Assembly: GCA_907165135.1 (NCBI GenBank)
Contig: OU015567.1
Coordinates: forward strand, 15,438,001-15,502,000
Reading direction: 5' to 3'
DNA: 64,000 nucleotides
From: Oikopleura dioica
Lineage: Eukaryota; Animalia; Chordata
Shown here: positions 47,771 to 60,606 of the stretch, in pieces
How positions within the stretch are numbered: position 1 is the stretch's first letter
How the letters are laid out: the number at the start of each line of letters is the position of its first letter
Position numbers and translations under genes: made by a program
Notes under the pieces: model-generated
Database searches by the model: none
The model's input: only the letters and a program-made list of their open reading frames with translations
What the model was told of the DNA's origin: nothing

Positions 47771-49140
47771 GTACCATTTGGGCACAGTGGACGCACACCC
47801 AGGCGCGAAATTTTCTCGATCGGGTTTTCGCGTTCCCCTTTGCGCGCGAATTTGGCGGTAGAGAGTTGTTGCGCCGCGGCGCGCGCGCGTTGACGCCATC
47901 TCATCATCGTCCTGTTCCTCTTTTCCTAATTTCAATATTTTTCAACAAAAAAATTTTCAACAACCTTAAAGTTCACTGAACAAAAAACTGAAAGACAGAA
48001 GAAAGAGAGCAAACAGTAGCAACAACAAGAGATTCTTCCTGGATTTTCGATCGAAGAGTTCAACAAAGTCGACAAGATTGTGCCCAAACCTCAATCCGGT
48101 AAGTGCTCTTACAGTAATCATCTTACAGTATTGAAATCTACCAAAATCGATAAACGAATAATCCAAAATCATCTTTTCCAAAGAATGATAAAAACCAGCC
48201 CCGGATTATTACTATCCATCTAAAGTTTATGGCCTCCAATCAACCCCCCTCATCCGGAGTCATCCCCCTTTTTTATGTCCCTTCTAGTTGAGTAACTTTC
48301 TACAAAAAAAAAAGTGTTCTGCGGTTGTTTACGCCTGTGACCAAAAATTCCAAAAAAGAAAAAGGGAAAATTTGGGTTTATTTTGGGTGGTCGAAAAAAA
48401 ACTTGGCGCATGTTATTTTCTTTCCTCGCCAAGCAAGGGTAAATCTGCAGGTGTAGATATGCATCTGGGTTTTCGCACTGTACGGGGCAGCGCGTCGAAC
48501 CAGATGTGTCTCTGATAAGGACACCCGCCGAGCGTAAAATGCCCTTGGACTGCATTTTACACCTTTTACGGGATACGTGAAGCACGAGAAGGGTCGAATA
48601 AATACTCGTGAATTTATGAATTTTGAGTTGGGGAAAATTTTGGCTTCGGTGGCACGTGATATCGAAACGATAAGATCCGGCGGAATTCGTTAGATGTGGC
48701 GCGGCTTTTCGAGAACGTAAGAATCGAAATTTCAGAGCAAATGAAGAAAGAAATTTTCTTCAAAATTTTTAAAAATTTGGGTGCCTAACAAGGTGCCTTA
48801 GTTTCGAAACAAAAGCAGCAACTATCGTTGAAGTGGTCTCCTTGTGCTCATAATATCCTCTTGTCGCCGGCGATTTGGGTACAATTTTGAAATTTGAAGA
48901 AAATAGAAAATTTTGCGCTAAACAATGGACGGAACCTTTCGCAGCCACTTTGATTTGAGCACCTCAAAGCGCGAAAAGAAAATTAAAGTTAACCAAAGCG
49001 TAAATGAATAATTTTGTCAATTGTTGAAAAATAGCGGCTTGTAATTACAGTAGTATCGAATACGCAAAAATTATCGGTGAAAAAGACGGTGCTTTCTGAT
49101 TGAATATTGAGCCAATTACTAAAGAAGGACTCTGGGCTCG

Positions 49141-49366
49141 GCATCCTGTGTAGAAAACCTGAATCAGGGTCTGAAAGATATTTTTGGAAAAGCCGCGTAG
49201 CGGCTTTTTTAAGAACGAAGCCGCTTCGCGGCTTCGCCAATATTTAAAGATAGATTGAAATGGTAATGTTCCGAAGCAGTTTTGCGGCTTCGTTTTTAAA
49301 AAAGCCGCTACGCGGCTTTCCTAAAATATCTTTCAGACCCTGATTCAGGTTTTCTACACAGGATGC
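49141..49366. mobile_element. Near-perfect 226-bp palindromic MITE (CCTGACTCAGG / AAGCCGC family)
   Basis: GCATCCTGTGTAGAAAACCTGAATCAGGGTCTGAAAGATAT...AAGCCGCGTAGCGGCTT mirrored on the right. Confidence 0.75.
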
Positions 49367-49974
49367 AGAGTCCAGGAAAGAGTTCCTTGGGTGACGACAT
49401 TTTAGGTCGAAATAAAGAAGACCGATAAATTATTTACTCGAGTACTTATAAACAGGTTGGGCTAATATTAGCGAAATGCTTGAGACCTGGCGAGGTAAAC
49501 TTTTCCTGCCTCTCATCTCCGCCCCAACAGCAGGCTTTTTGAAGTCCGTCCGGCAAATCCGGCGCTGTTTACGGTTAACCCCTCTTGAGACACATTTTTT
49601 TTCGAAAATTCTTCTTTTGCATTTTTAGGGATTTTCCCTTTTTCGCGCCGAATTAACACAAACAATTCTTTTCCCCTTCCCACGCTCTTACAGAAGTCCA
49701 CCTGTGCAACTTTTAGGGCGGGCTGTTTTAATCTCGAGGTTCACTACTTAGACTTCTTCAATTATGTATTAAATGTCAGCAGGTAGCTCGGAAACTCGCC
49801 GCCCGGATCAATCAGAAGTTTCTTTTGAACTCGCATCTGTTTCGATATATTAACATGTATATTTGATTTTTGATTATTTTTTCTTGCATCCGAGTTAAAT
49901 TTATTTAAGCGGCGGGGTCTTTTATTAGGGTTAGGCTAAGATTGTCTGAATCAGGAATTGAAAGCTCTTCAATG

Positions 49975-50280
49975 AGAAGCCGCGCAGCGGCTTTTTTCTT
50001 GGTCAAAGTCGCGAAGCGGCTTCGCAAAACTATCATTTCAATCTTATGTTGAATTCTGGCGAAGAATTCTGCGGCTTCATTTTTTAAAAGAGCTGGTTTG
50101 CGGCTTTTCAGGCGCTGACTGAGAAAGCGGAGAAAGTCTAAAATGAAAAGCCGCGCAGCAGCTTTTTTTAAACAGAGCCGCGGAGCAGCTTCAAAAAATT
50201 TTCATTCCGATCTTATGTTGAATTTTAGCGAAGCCGCTCTGCGGCTTCGTTTTTATAAGAGCTGGTTCGCGGCTTTTTAG
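49975..50280. repeat. Array of AAGCCGC(N3-4)GCGGCTT mini-palindromes related to the same family
   Basis: Two ~130-bp units with repeated AGCCGCGCAGCGGCTT, GCGAAGCGGCTTCG and AGAGCTGGTT modules. Confidence 0.6.
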
Positions 50281-51032
50281 GCCCCTAACTCTAAAATGAA
50301 CTATTCAGAATAGTCTATTCTTCAATTGGCGTCATAAACATCTGCCTTTCTTTTTATTTTCCAATCGTAGCTACAGAAAATATACTTCATTAATTCTGAC
50401 GATTATGCATCGGAGAAAACAAGCGACTGTTTTCTCTCTCATTTCATAATCCAGTACCTGGTAACAGCGCTTTTCTTTGCAATAGCAACTGATTATGCCC
50501 GAATCTGATTTGTCCTTGCTTTTTGACGAGTAGCTGGACATAATGGACAGCTGATTAATTCAGCATAAACAAATCGTACATTATTTAATAAATAAAAATA
50601 AATTATGAAAGGTGTTTCAAGGCGGCAGCTAAACCTTAATGCACCTGTCCTCGCTGCAGAATATATGAGAGAGTGGTAACAAAAGCAATTCTGATTTTTC
50701 AGTTTATCCAAACATGTCTTCCGTCAGGCTCAAGAAATATTTCCTAAAGAAGGAAAAACAGAAGCAGAGAATGAATCCCCAGGAGCTTTACAAAAACACT
50801 GGTAATGCGACTATCTCGCCACATAGCATGAACATTTTAGGACCCGACTTGAATTTACCGCAGCTTTAAAGTTTGATGCTTCCCATTCTTGAACTTCAGC
50901 CTGAGTTCTATCAACTATTCAAGAGTTGCTAAAGCAGCTTTGTTGATTGAGAATATGTCTATTTTTTGACTAACAGACGGCTCTATCAAGGTATTATTGA
51001 TCATGAGGGGTTTCATGGCCCCGGCAAACTAC

Positions 51033-51178
51033 GGAGAAAACCTGACTCAGGGTTTTGAAAAGTTCTAATGAAAAGCTGCGTGGCGGTTTTTTTTAAAACA
51101 AAGCCGCAAAGCGGCTTCGCCATAGTAATCTTTCCATCTATTTCTTTTCAGGACCCTGACTCAGGTTTTTAACACAGG
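51033..51178. mobile_element. Degenerate copy of the CCTGACTCAGG fold-back family
   Basis: GAAAACCTGACTCAGGG ... CCCTGACTCAGGTTTT inverted ends with an internal AAGCCGCAAAGCGGCTT. Confidence 0.6.
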
Positions 51179-54106
51179 AGGATATTCTTAGACAGAACTT
51201 AAATTAAGTCATGTGATCAATTTTCACTCAGCATCAATCTTTTTCTAAAACTTATATTTCCCCGCGGATGTATGAAAAATTTATGAGATTTGCTTTTTGC
51301 TCAAAATCAAATCAGGCCGCTCAATCGAGATTTCACGTCGGTCTTTCCGGTTGTAATTCAGCTCTGTCGGCGCTGAAAATGGAAAGGGTTGTAAAATGGA
51401 GACATCTCAAAAAGCGAGTGCCCACTTAAATCCGCACCGTCCATTCGCGGCTTTTTGTGACTTAGACTCGCTCTTAGCCGTAATCCAAAGAGGGCAAATT
51501 TATTTTACAATATATCAATCTTTCAATCACGCGCGGCCTCAAAGTGGTACCCACGCTCTAAGGCCAGCGAGACACATTATCGCTAAATAATCTCAAATGA
51601 TCCCTTCGCAAATTTGAAAAGGTAGTAGTTGCCGTTGCTTGGGACGAGTGTAATTGCTCAGTTTCTCCGTAATTTTGGCACTGCTAATAACCGCAAAAAT
51701 CGCAAGCATTTTTGACGCATTTTTTGCACGATGAAATATTTTCAAGCCTCGATTTTCAGCTGGAGATTTGTGCATTTGACTACGATCTGTTCGTTTTCTG
51801 ATGCTTTACGCTCCTTCCTTTCTTGTCCAAGCCCTTCATGGGAGTGTAATTTCCATTTTATTGGAGTGAAAAGCCTTCACTTTGAGCGTGAAGATGGCCC
51901 TTGACCGAAGCGCCCTGATTTTACACTGTGTTGAGTGTGTTGATTCTAATTTTGTAAAGCGTCTTGATAAACATCCCCAAGCGCGGATGTTTTATATCTC
52001 CATCGGCATTGCGTGCCCATTGATGGGGTTATTCACTTTCCCAAATAAAGTTCCATTCATCGAAAGCAATATACCGTGAAGATAAAAAAAACTCAAGGCA
52101 TTTTAAAAATTTAGAGAAGGAAAAATTAAGATGTTCAGGTAAGTGGAAATAGAAAAATGATTCCATTGTTTGGAGGAAAATTAACTTACTGTCGAGTGCC
52201 ATTCTTGGTAATTGCTACCTAGTACAATAGTTGGTAATTCTTGACCCCCTGCAGTCGCCTAAATGTCAACTTCCGGGCCCCTTTGTCGTTCTATTTATCG
52301 ATTAGCTAAATCCTGGGTCAGGTACCAGCAAATCCCGACCTTCATTTTTCCTGGGAACTTTTTCAAAATTGAAAATCGTGGCGAATCAAACCTCCTTCCG
52401 GCTCTGTTTGAAGTGATGTTATCCCGAGTTTATAATATTTTGTCACTTTGTATAATTCCAAGTTTGTGAGATAATAAAATAGTAGTTGCGTCTCGTGAAG
52501 CATCCGAGGGCGCCAAAGGACTTAATGGCTTGTTATTGATAAGAGCACACTTGGCAAAACGAGCATTATGACTAGAATTTGGAGAAGGGCTTATATAGAT
52601 TCCGTAGCGCATATTTGAGCTATCTGAATACTTCTGGTCTACCGCAAGCCTTTCGGAACCCGCGAGCTCAACTTGCCACAAGAATCCTCTCGCGAGAAAT
52701 TCCACAATCATGAACATCCTGAATTTTAAGCGTAAAAACCGTTCCTTTTTATAATCGAATAAGTATCGCTTTCTGAGCTTATTTGCACGGAAGAATCTAT
52801 CATAAATTCCTTTCATTCAATTATAGCTTAGAAAATCGATGAAAGGATTGTGGAACGGATTTTAACCGCCCTGGATAAACTACGATTCGTGTGCTTTTGT
52901 TAGAATTTCACCCCCTGACTTTCCGTCTGACGGGTTAGTTTTTACAAGCCGCTTTCAAAATATTCAAAAAATGGATTAGTCGCCTGAGCGTAAACCAAGA
53001 ACGCCGAGCTTATTGAGCGCTTCCATGCTCGCCCGGAAGTTAAACTTCTAAACAATCCAAAGACCAAAATACAAAAAAAGGCGTTTTGCTTGGCGGCCGG
53101 CCAGGAAACGGCCGTGATTTTCGTGATTATGTTCAAATAACATCGAGTCAATACAAAAAGTTCTACAAAGGTATATGTACCTTATCTCGTCATTTATCGA
53201 GTTTCTCGGCTAGCGTATGTCTTTGAAATGATATAGTATTAGTACGACCTTAATCGGCATTAGTAGTCACCCGTCTAATCCTCCCAATCTGCTCAAAAGC
53301 TGCCTATATTTGGATTAGCCCCGGACAACAATGGACAAGGGGTGAAATTCAAATGTCAATAAAGGCCCTTAATTTTTTGCTTGATCATTGTGCATAATCA
53401 AGTGCATATTCTATATAGCCGCTAAGTGCTTTTTTGCACTGGACATCTGGTCGAAGAGTCGCCAAGCAGGTCAACCTGCGGCAATAAACAGATGGAACGG
53501 GCGCATCCCGCAGGCAGGATCAGCTAGGCTCAGACTTTTTAAATAGAGTCGGCTCGTTTGACAGTAACTTTACTGTATTACGCGATCTAAGGAGGGGCAC
53601 GGCAGATTGCCAGTCTGGAATTATCATCGCCCTAATGACCTTTTAATACGGTAGTTTGGCTCTATTTTCGAGTCGAGTTTTTATAGTGCGTTCTAAAATA
53701 AGTTTTGTGACCAGGACGAACACTTTTTGTAATAACACTCCCTCAATTTTTGATCAGATTGGGCGGCAGATGTTTGAAATGATCCCGGGTGAATAATTCA
53801 CGGTACAAAGTTGTAAACTTGATCAAAAAAGGGCGTCTGTTTCAAAAACTCAATTGACAAAGGATCCACCTTGGGACAGACAATTCTAAACTGAAAGTCA
53901 ATAAATTAGAAAAATAATAATTTTAAAAGGCCACGACACGTCTATAAATGGAGACCGCAAGGCGCAACCTGCCTCTCCGAAACATATTATTTATATCTCG
54001 ATATGAAAGAGCGGGCACTTTGTCCAGCGAAAAGATATATCTGTGGCCGATCCAGCTATTGGCCAAAGTGTCTTATATATTAATTAATTTTTTTATTTCA
54101 GCGATA

Positions 54107-57100
54107 ATGATGGACCAAGTGAGCAGCCGTGAGCTCGACTCGCGAAGCATAGAGAGAATCGTCGAGCATAGGAGAGGTTCAAAACTTTATTTGAAAATTT
54201 CTGAAAACGAAATTGGCGCAGATGCGATCATTCACGTCGCTCTCCGGAAGTGTTCGCCACTTTTCGAGGAAGCGACGGGGAGAAATGAGCGCACTTATGT
54301 GAATTAGGATGAGCATTGATAATGACTTGGATACAAATTTAGCGCAATTTTAGTTAAAATTTGAGTTGAGTTTGAACCTCGAAAATCAGCGCCGCAGAGA
54401 AAAGTGACGCTGGCTCGGATCAGATGCTTCCATCGCCTCCATTCTTGAGCAGAAATCTTCAAAGTCAACAGAATCAATCAAGCTACGCATCGAAACCTCG
54501 ACCAAATCCCGTCACGAGTCCGGTTTATCAGGTACGAATAATAGCGATGTCAAAGGAAAAATCAGGCGGCGCGATAAGAATCGAATAATGCCGAGGTTGA
54601 TTCATAAAGAGCGGGGGAAAATCTTATCGAAGAAAAAACGCGCCCAGAGCCAATTCATTCAGTTTTATTCGCGTCACTTGAGAGTTTTTAAAACAAAAAT
54701 GACAGAGAAAAACACAGGGCTTTTGAAATTTGCTCCGAGAATGAGATATCACTTGAAATACTTAGACCAGGCTCGAATTCGTGATCCTTACGCGGGGGTA
54801 CTTCCAGCATCTTCTGGCCTGTCTAACTTTTCCTTTCAGAGCGGACCTTCTTCCGGAACATCCTCAACCGAACGAGGAGCATCTTACCTCGTCGCTCCTC
54901 GATCCCTCTGCGACTCAGAGCATTACACCGACTCTGGAATCCACCACACCGATTCAAACGGCATGGAAGACGAGCACCTCATCCAAAACGACCGCGAAGT
55001 GCGCCACATCTTAGGTAATTAATTCAAGTTCTTACTGTATTGCGAATTCATACGGATCCACTCATCAACGTGGCAGGTTGAATATTTTATCGCTTACTAA
55101 GTAGGTAATCTTCTGTTTCAATAGACTCAGAGTTGAGGCCCTCCTCAAAATCGCGCATACTCGCCACAGATTTTCGCTAATTGGGCGGATCAAAGGAAAA
55201 GACCTGTCGAAAGTATCCGCAGACTTGTGTGCCCAAGTGGTAATCAATACTGCGCTTGGTATTGACAATAGCGCAATCAAACGGACAATATCGAGCCTTA
55301 CTTATCCATAATTTCGAGCTAATTAGCAACAACTTTCCAAAACTAATAACACTTTGTGTTTCACTTTTCTGGACCGAACACAAAAGAGAGAAAAAACACT
55401 TCCTTCTTCGAGATAAAGGCTCAGCAGGAGGCCTGTCGAAGATTAAGCCCATTAGTAGCTCATGGTGCGTGCCCAATTATCAGCCCTGCTCGTAGTAGAT
55501 AATCTATTGTGATCAAAGGGTTGGGCAATTTGCGCTTCAACAAGTTACTGTAGGATTTCAAGCTAAACAATTTTTGCGTAGGACATGAGCAGCAGTTCGG
55601 AACATTTGGCCGACCCAACATGGTGAACTCAAGCGGACGTCATCAGAACGGAAATCAGCTCCAGCGCTCTGCTCTCGCCGCGCACTCAGAGGAGAATCTA
55701 CAGCCCATCTTCAAGCCTTCCAATGGAACGATGCCTCCTCACAAGTCAGCAACCCAAAGTCGTAAGGCAAGCTATTCGAACTACGAGCGACGATCTTTCT
55801 GCCCCGACTGGCGATGTATTCTCATGTGCAACATGATTATACTGACGATCATAACTGGTGCTTTCCTGGGATGCTACTACTACGTGTGGCCTGAAATCGT
55901 TGCACCGCTGGTGGAGAAATCCCAGCCGATCAGTAAGTTTAAAGTATTAAAAAAAGGATGAGCTAAGCTTGAACAAGTGCGATTTGTAAAGCCGAAGTAA
56001 CCGGCGAGCGACACAGACGTGCTACACTTCACCCTTTTGTTAATTACCGATTTCGGGGGCGATTTAGTGATTAACTGCGATGATGGAATATATAATAGAT
56101 CAGCCTCGATCCAAAAGTTAACGACTTCATTTTAGACGGAGAATGGGCCAAGTGGAACGAGTGGTCCTACTGCTCAGCATCCTGTGGAAACGGATTCCAA
56201 ACTCGCGTTCGTTTTTGCGGAAACCCAGCTCCAGAAGACGGTGGCTTGGATTGCGCTGGACAGGCTCTTGAAAACAGAACATGCAGGTAAAACGCTCGCC
56301 GCGTGAAAATTATGTTTTTGAAAAGGGCAAATTAATAATCAACCTAATTACACGCTTCCGAATAATTCAAAAGATCGCGTTTGCTCCGCTTGTTGGCCAA
56401 ATTAGGAACTCGCCCGCGATAGTCATGATTGACCATATTCAATCAGATTTATTAAAATGAAAATTCAGCGCGCCTCTCTTCTGCCCCGATTGCAACCGAG
56501 TCTGCGAGCGCGGAACGCTGAATAAAGAATGCACCAAGTGCACTTGCGAGGATCACAAGATCAAAATCGTCGTCACTGACAAGACTGGCAACCCGTTGGA
56601 GAACGCGCAGATCTACAAGCTCGGCCACTACGATATGCTCGGCAGGTCTGATCGCCACGGAGAAATCAGGTGAGGAATCATTTTTGAGGAAATCGTCATG
56701 CACGTGTACACACAGTACTTGTGTTCGCCAACGCGCTCGAGCATTAAATTTAACTGATATTTAGGCTCAAGTCAATCTGCTCTAATGGCGACAACCAGCT
56801 CTTGGTGACGAAGGAGGGCTTCAACCCCGAACACGTGTGGCCAGAAGTGACAGAACCCGGAAAACCCAAGGAGGCGTACGGCAACGTAGCACTCAATGTC
56901 CTCACTCCTCCAGCAATTTCTCGTCTTCCTGAATCTAAGGTAGGAGCGTTTCGAGTACACAGGTGCTCATTTGAATTTCAGGAGCGATACGTAGGTCAGT
57001 CTTTGAAGCTGTGCTGTTCCGCGTCTAGCAATGCCAACTCCCCGACAATCTCATGGTTCAAGGACAATCAATTAATCAAGCCTGGAACTTGGTACAACGC

Positions 57101-57680
57101 CACGGAAAGCACGGATTTGACAATCCCAGCCGCGAAATTAGAGGATTCCGGTCTCTACACTTGCAAGGTCAAGCGCTAATTACACACTCTTCTTTTTATC
57201 TAAATACTTTAGGCCACTAATCGCGCCGGTACTGATCTCACCGAAGCCGTACAAGTCACCATTCGCGACAAGAAACATGAGCCGTGCGATTCAACGCCGA
57301 AAACGAAGCTCGTCCCATTGTCCGACGGTTGCGAGCAAAAGTCGATCGACATTGGCGAGTGCGCAAACAACAACTCGCCTTGTTTGGAAAAGTCCCAATC
57401 CCTGGACCCCTTCAAAGAGCAATGCGCCGATCAGCCTTCAAGCTTTTGCTGCGGGTAAGTGACAAATCCCATTTCCGCTAACTCCATTTGGCCCTGGTGC
57501 ATTTTAACATGCGTGTAACGCGCGACATAATCTTGGCCGCTTGACTCGAACTAAATCGTGATTTCTAGCCCTTTGAAGACGGAGAAGATCGAGGTGACCT
57601 GCCGCACGCCTGGAAACGTATCGAACGAGTACAAGATCCCTCTGGTGCGAACGATCAGCTGTGGCTGCGTCCGATGCTAG
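54107..57680 (+). CDS. CILP: CILP-like protein, truncated after the Cys-rich module, with N-terminal cytoplasmic region and TM helix
   Basis: TSP1 WAKWNEWSYCSASCGNG; CPDCNRVCERGTLNKECTKCTCEDH; GEIRLKSICSNGDNQLLVTKEGF; Ig GQSLKLCCSAS..ISWFKDN..DSGLYTCKATN; CDSTPKTKLVPLSDGC; CCGPLKTEKIEVTC...SCGCVRC*. All are collinear with the CILP N-terminal chain. 5' exons approximate. Confidence 0.75.
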
Positions 57681-58591
57681 TTTCTATTATTTGTCCTGAA
57701 AAAGCGACTCTTCTATTGTGCCCAAAGCGCTTCATAATTTATGCCGAGATGTAAACTTCTTTCCAAGAGTTTTTCTTTATGTACAATTGTTGTAAATAAT
57801 CCTACCTTCCTCTCTGCGACTGTAAATACTCGATAAATAGCCATTCCCAATACTGACTGTTATGATTCCTACAGAAAGAACCCACCCTTACCTCAAACGA
57901 AATATATTCCAAATAAAAAAGACGAAATCATGGAAAATCCGGATTTTTCCTTTGCAAATGAAATTCAGGGATTAGAAAGCTTAATTCCCTTTGATAAGAC
58001 AGTTTATCTCACTTCCGAGCAGGTGCCCTTATCTGAAACGCTCCCCTAATGAGCTTGCAAGGCTTTTTCAGCTCGATTAGGATTTCTCAAAATTAAGAAA
58101 AAAAAATGAGGCAAAGGCGTGAAACGAGTTGCGGGATTCTAATTGCAATTGACAATATTCTAATTGCTTTTTAATTGCATCAGAGGACAGTGCCTGGATG
58201 AACGCCAAGTTTTGATTAAATGTTATGCATGAAATTTCTGACCGGTAATAGTTTTACGTTCCTTGAGGTTTTCTTGATATAAATCTGATTTCGGCAAAAT
58301 TCATGCCAAAATTTCAAATTTGCTTTTGCATCCGATGATGATCTAAATTTGTGCGATTCCAAATTGAAATCAAGGAAGAGAGCAAGATTTTTTTCGAGTA
58401 ATTTTTTATTGGACTAGAAAGAAAAGGTCAATTTGATAATAATTTGTCTAATGATTCTTTTTTCATCCCTGTCGACTTCGAGGGGCAAATTTTCGCAGTG
58501 AGTAGTTTGGTCAGTTTCAAGAGTGAATTTAAAATTCTGAGAATTTTCTGTTAGAGACGCAATTTTCTAATTCAGGCGGCCAGAGTGATTC

Positions 58592-60228
58592 TTAGTCGGA
58601 CATGTCCGATTCGGAGCCTCTTCGATTTCGGTTGAACTTGCTCTCGCGCACGGGGGACTCGTTCCTGGAGCTGTAGTTGTTTGAGCGGCGGCGAGGACTG
58701 CGACTGCGAGATCGGTAGTCGGAGCGTTCGCGCTTTACGTGGTCGTAGTATTCTTCGCGCTCTGAAACAACATTTTCACAATTCAAATTAACCAGATGAT
58801 GTCACCTCGGCGACGTCTGTTTCTCTTCATCTCTTTCTGTTTTTCGCGATATTTCTCCTCCAGCGCCTTTCTATCCTCCTGCTTTTCATCATATCGACCG
58901 TAGACACGTGGGTCGAGCTCCTCCTTGGCTGGCTGACGGGTAGACTTGCTCCAGCGCTCTTCTGCTAGCCGATGTTGCTCGCGCTCCTTGTAATCTCGCA
59001 TGGAAATTCTTTCAGAGTTTCCTTCGCGCCAGTGAGGCGGAGTGGTTGCCCTGTCAATTCGGTTCGCTCCTCGTCCTGAAAGAAATAAATCGAATCCATC
59101 GGGAATTCGTTTGGCATACCTTTAATTTTTCGCCCACCGTCATCTTTTCTCTCTCGCCTTTCTCTTCTCTCATCTCGTTCGGAATTGTCTACCTTTTTCT
59201 TCGCCTTCTTTTCGTCATCTTCATCGTCACTCATCACCCGAGCAAGAAAGTGGTTTGGCGGATCAGACGGAATATCAGATTTTTGAGCTAAATTCGGTCT
59301 TTCACAAGCAATTCTTTTAAAAATGAAGTACCTAAATTCACTAAAACACCATCTCCACGGTCAACAAGTCCTTCTTTCGCGGCTTTTTTCGCCTTCTTCT
59401 TCGCTTTCTTCTGTTTCTTTTTCAATTTCTTTTGACGTTTTTTGAATCGCCGGATTTCTTCCAAGTCGGAGCCAGAAGAGCTCGAATCGGAGGAGCTGTC
59501 AGACTCTACCGTTCAAATAAGTAGAGAAGTAACAGTTAAGTTTTTACCTGAAGAAGATGTCAAATCATCAGCGTCAATTTTCTTGCTTTTCTTCATCAGA
59601 ACAAGCTCTCCACAATTAGCAATCATGCATGGATTGTAAGGCTTCGATTTCTGATCCGTCGGCTGTCTCTCAATCTTTTTCACGACTTCTTGGCCGGAGA
59701 TAACTTCGCCAAAGACGACGTGAAGGCCGTCAAGATGGCTGGCTGTCTGAGTGGTGATGAAAAACTGGGATCCGTTGGTGTTCTTGCCACGGTTCGCCAT
59801 TGATAGAAGAAAGGGACGATCGTGCTTGCGTTTGAAGTTCTCATCGTCAAAGTAGCCGCCGTAGATTGACTCGCCACCGCGTCCCGTGTTTTCAGAAAAG
59901 TCTCCAGCCTTAGAACATTATGAATAAATGGTATTTGTGACGATTGCGTACCTGGATCATGAAATTTCTAACAACTCTGTGGAAAATCGAGCCCTTGTAA
60001 TGAAGAACTTTATTGGTCGTCTTTCCAATGCCAGCATCTCCGCTACAGAGAGCGCGGAAATTCGCGACGGTCTTGGGGACGATGTCATCGTGCAATTCGA
60101 AAATTATTCGTCCAGCGTCGACCTCGTTTATCGTGATGTCGAAGAAGCATCTCGGTCGAACATGGGCAGCCTTAAAATTCATCCTCAAATGACTGTTACT
60201 AACTCAGCTGTCCTCTCACCTTCCCCAT
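58592..60228 (-). CDS. PPIG: SR-cyclophilin, peptidyl-prolyl isomerase G
   Basis: [77 protein letters not shown], followed by a K-rich and RS-rich tail. Confidence 0.9.
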
Positions 60229-60606
60229 TTCTCTATGACAACTTTTCGGACTACAAACGACGAAATACGAAAGTCTGAAAAAGAGCGGTTAGCTCTATTT
60301 CTGCTCAATTTCTTTAGAGAGCTCTAGAGACATTATACGAAAGAGATTCTGTCTAGAAGTCAGTGAAGGGCTGAAAATTTCTTCTATCAACTTTGACCCA
60401 AGTTTACAGAATAAATATAGAATGATTTATTGCATCGAACCGGATTAAATATACTTTGTTTAGCAGAGTAGATACTTTGACTGATACTTTGAACTAGTTT
60501 TCAAGCAGTGCGAAAGAATGATTTTGATAGGACTCACAGTGAAATGAACGGGAAGAAGAAATGGATGAATTTTGAATTTTAGTGAAGATGATTCAAGTTT
60601 TGTTAG

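Noticed and set aside
47553-49931. Outward-facing telomere-like dimers (CCCTAACCCTAA at ~47554, TTAGGGTTAGG at ~49925) as ends of one element
   Set aside because: Only two units each, with no TIR or TSD relationship between the flanks.
49975-50280. CRISPR-like array of palindromic repeats
   Set aside because: Eukaryotic context, degenerate repeats, no unique constant-length spacers and no cas genes.
50700-53700. Exon-like fragments (MNPQELYKNTG..., ORF 52430-52816) suggesting a hidden gene or retroelement
   Set aside because: In-frame stops, no RT/integrase/gag motifs and no coherent splice chain.
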